The notes beneath the pieces are model-generated. The model did not search any database and was not told where the DNA came from. It saw only the letters and a list, made by a program, of their open reading frames with translations. Positions 62,227 through 64,000 of a DNA stretch of 64,000 nucleotides are shown in pieces. The position numbers and the translations under genes are program-made. The DNA is from an uncultured Nitrososphaerota archaeon. Lineage in GTDB: Archaea; Thermoproteota; Nitrososphaeria; Nitrososphaerales; CADDZS01. Where the stretch lies: positions 192,001 through 256,000 of the forward strand of contig CAWCYI010000004.1 of the NCBI GenBank assembly GCA_963799845.1, given 5' to 3'. How positions within the stretch are numbered: the stretch's first letter is position 1; every line of letters starts with the position of its first letter.

Positions 62227-62589
62227 TTACCATTTGAAAAAGTAGCCCCTCCGTCTTAATTCGCCATCCAGCTCCATTTTTCTTGAACGTACTAGTTTTG
62301 CGGCAGCAAGAACGTCGGAATCGTTCCACCGCTTTAGCTCTTCTGGAGACAAAAGTTTCGACGTAGGGAAAGCTCCTTGTGATGTCAAGTCCAAGTAATC
62401 ATCCATCTTCTTAGATCCTCCGCAGTCCTGAGTTTCGAGTCGAGACTTCACATATTCCGCCAGCGCGTTCCTAAAGACTGATGTAATGTCGGTCCGATCT
62501 GCCTCAGCGAGGACGATAGCGGAGTCGAGAACCGATCTGTCACGCTCGCGAAAATTGACAGGGACCGTCCAATGTGGGCGCGGCGCCAC
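62227..62589 (-). CDS. Ribbon-helix-helix-like DNA-binding protein
   Basis: TVPVNF...LD..IVLA...TDITSVFRNALAEYV pattern. Confidence 0.5.
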   Translation of the reverse strand: MAPRPHWTVPVNFRERDRSVLDSAIVLAEADRTDITSVFRNALAEYVKSRLETQDCGGSKKMDDYLDLTSQGAFPTSKLLSPEELKRWNDSDVLAAAKLVRSRKMELDGELRRRGYFFKW

Positions 62590-62660
62590 TATCTCTCAAT
62601 TCCATGAGTCATGGGTATGTGGTGCTGCTTGTACTGCTCTTAAGGATCGACAAACGTCCA

Positions 62661-63143
62661 TCAACTCTTCTCTTCGTATTCAATAATAACTGCCTCATGA
62701 TGTCGATACCTAGCGGTCCAACCGCCGATTTCGTCGCGCGCTCTAGCAAGTCCTTTTTCTGTGATTTTCCAAGTGCCGAGGGGTATACCATCGCCTACTC
62801 CAAGAACTTCGCTTTTTATGACGAGATTTTTTCGGGCAAACTTGATCACGCTATCGACAATCAACCTTTTAGATCCCGGGTAACGTGCTTTGAGGTCATC
62901 TTCGCTGAGATTTCCAAACCATTTTGCGCTCCTCACTTCTCGAATTGCGTCTTTCGTCAGCATACTCGCTTCGGCTGCCTTCGAGAGCACGAACAAAATC
63001 GGGATCTCGCAGTTACTGCAAGCGGGCGCCTGCGCTGTTATTCTTGTGATTACTTTGATTGGTCTGGTTTGCCTTTCTTTCGGCGGCTTTTGATTCTCGT
63101 TACCTTGGATCCACCTTTTTTCTACTAACTGAAGCTCCTTCAT
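62661..63143 (-). CDS. Mrr-N-like winged-helix protein
   Basis: IPILFVL...LSEDDLKARY...IKFARKNLVIKS...GTWKITEKG. Confidence 0.6.
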   Translation of the reverse strand: MKELQLVEKRWIQGNENQKPPKERQTRPIKVITRITAQAPACSNCEIPILFVLSKAAEASMLTKDAIREVRSAKWFGNLSEDDLKARYPGSKRLIVDSVIKFARKNLVIKSEVLGVGDGIPLGTWKITEKGLARARDEIGGWTARYRHHEAVIIEYEEKS

Positions 63144-63387
63144 TTCGCAATTTCAAGAATCGCTTCAGAACTGAAGGGTTCCATATGCCTTGTCGTCTGG
63201 AAATACAGATGACTAGTCTGCGGAGCGCCTCGGCTCAACGATTCTAGAACAAACACTCAGCCTTTTCAGACGCGCACCTTATCGGTGGAAAGAAAACAAG
63301 GTGGATGATGGTTCAGTCGCACGATCTCCGAACTCCGAGGGTTCGAATGCAACACTAAATATTAGGTGGAATGCGCGTTTCGCCGTT

Positions 63388-64000
63388 CTAGCTGCCTTCG
63401 TCTTCGGTGGGCCTGCGAATCGATTTCGAGTCGTCGGGCTCTTTGTTGAAGTATTCGAAAACTTGCCCCGACACCGTCATGCCCATCTTCATGACGTGAG
63501 CCAGGGATGCGATGTTATCGTGCGAAATCTCAGCGAAGACTGAACGTGCGTGCCTCGACTTCAGCCACATCAGGCGTGCGTAGAGAAGGTCCTGCGCCAT
63601 TCCCGTTCTCCTGAATTGCGGCTTTACGTAAAGAGTGTGTACCCTGCCTATATCACCGACGAGTGATGCCCATCCCATCCCGACAATCCGATCTCCAATT
63701 TTAACAACGGAGCATATGTCTCCGTTGTTTAGAGCGACCCGAACCCATTTCTGGTTCGTCCCGGGACTTGCGGCGACCATGAATCGCTCAATTTCATCAA
63801 CGTCGTTTTCGATGAGGGTGACTTGATACTTGAAATTATGAGTGGGAACAGCTTTTACTTTTTCGATATTCATCGTGCAAATATCGTAAGCTTGGCTGGG
63901 GTGCTCCGTTTTGAGTTCTGAATAGAGAAAGGTGAACTCCTTCAGTCCATAGAATTTATCAAAGACCTCATGCGAATTTGTGTAGATCGTTCCGCCCTCC
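63388..64000 (-). CDS. GNAT acetyltransferase (5' end runs off the window)
   Basis: LYVKPQFRRTGMA and NIAS motifs; frame stays open to position 64000. Confidence 0.8.
   Translation of the reverse strand, partial: EGGTIYTNSHEVFDKFYGLKEFTFLYSELKTEHPSQAYDICTMNIEKVKAVPTHNFKYQVTLIENDVDEIERFMVAASPGTNQKWVRVALNNGDICSVVKIGDRIVGMGWASLVGDIGRVHTLYVKPQFRRTGMAQDLLYARLMWLKSRHARSVFAEISHDNIASLAHVMKMGMTVSGQVFEYFNKEPDDSKSIRRPTEDEGS

Overview
Archaeal accessory region (TFB paralogues, HerA/NurA and an S/T-linker C-terminally anchored solute-binding protein; Nitrososphaerota/Thaumarchaeota is my inference) dominated by Cas1-integrase (casposon-type) mobile elements. (1) About 1-41.6 kb looks like a large casposon or casposon-containing island. 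It has a protein-primed-type PolB, a solo Cas1 with C-terminal HTH, a TFB paralogue, a repressor switch and a run of small ORFs preceded by a repeated motif. These are followed by about 26 kb of defence cargo: type III R-M with two Mod genes, UvrD-nuclease, a two-gene REase-like module, NurA-HerA, and a GTPase/TIR/SLATT operon. Two apparently identical inverted IS630 copies sit in this cargo. The left end of this element is not visible. (2) 41599-46771 is a complete 5.2-kb element with perfect 127-bp terminal inverted repeats and a 13-bp target-site duplication (CCCACCATTTTTA, resembling a tRNA 3' end). It encodes a second Cas1 but no PolB; instead it carries a minimal AEP primase-like protein, an Sm/Lsm-like protein and Zn-finger proteins. 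This candidate new class of 'primase-type mini-casposon' is the main discovery. (3) A remnant of a related element follows in tandem directly after the TSD. (4) 49-64 kb holds a peptide ABC transporter, a Co-type nitrile hydratase cluster, a hydrolase, a Mo-oxidoreductase, and ParB-like, Mrr-N and GNAT genes. Many small indels across unrelated genes suggest assembly errors, so pseudogene status is uncertain. All protein assignments are motif-based by eye; no database search was run.
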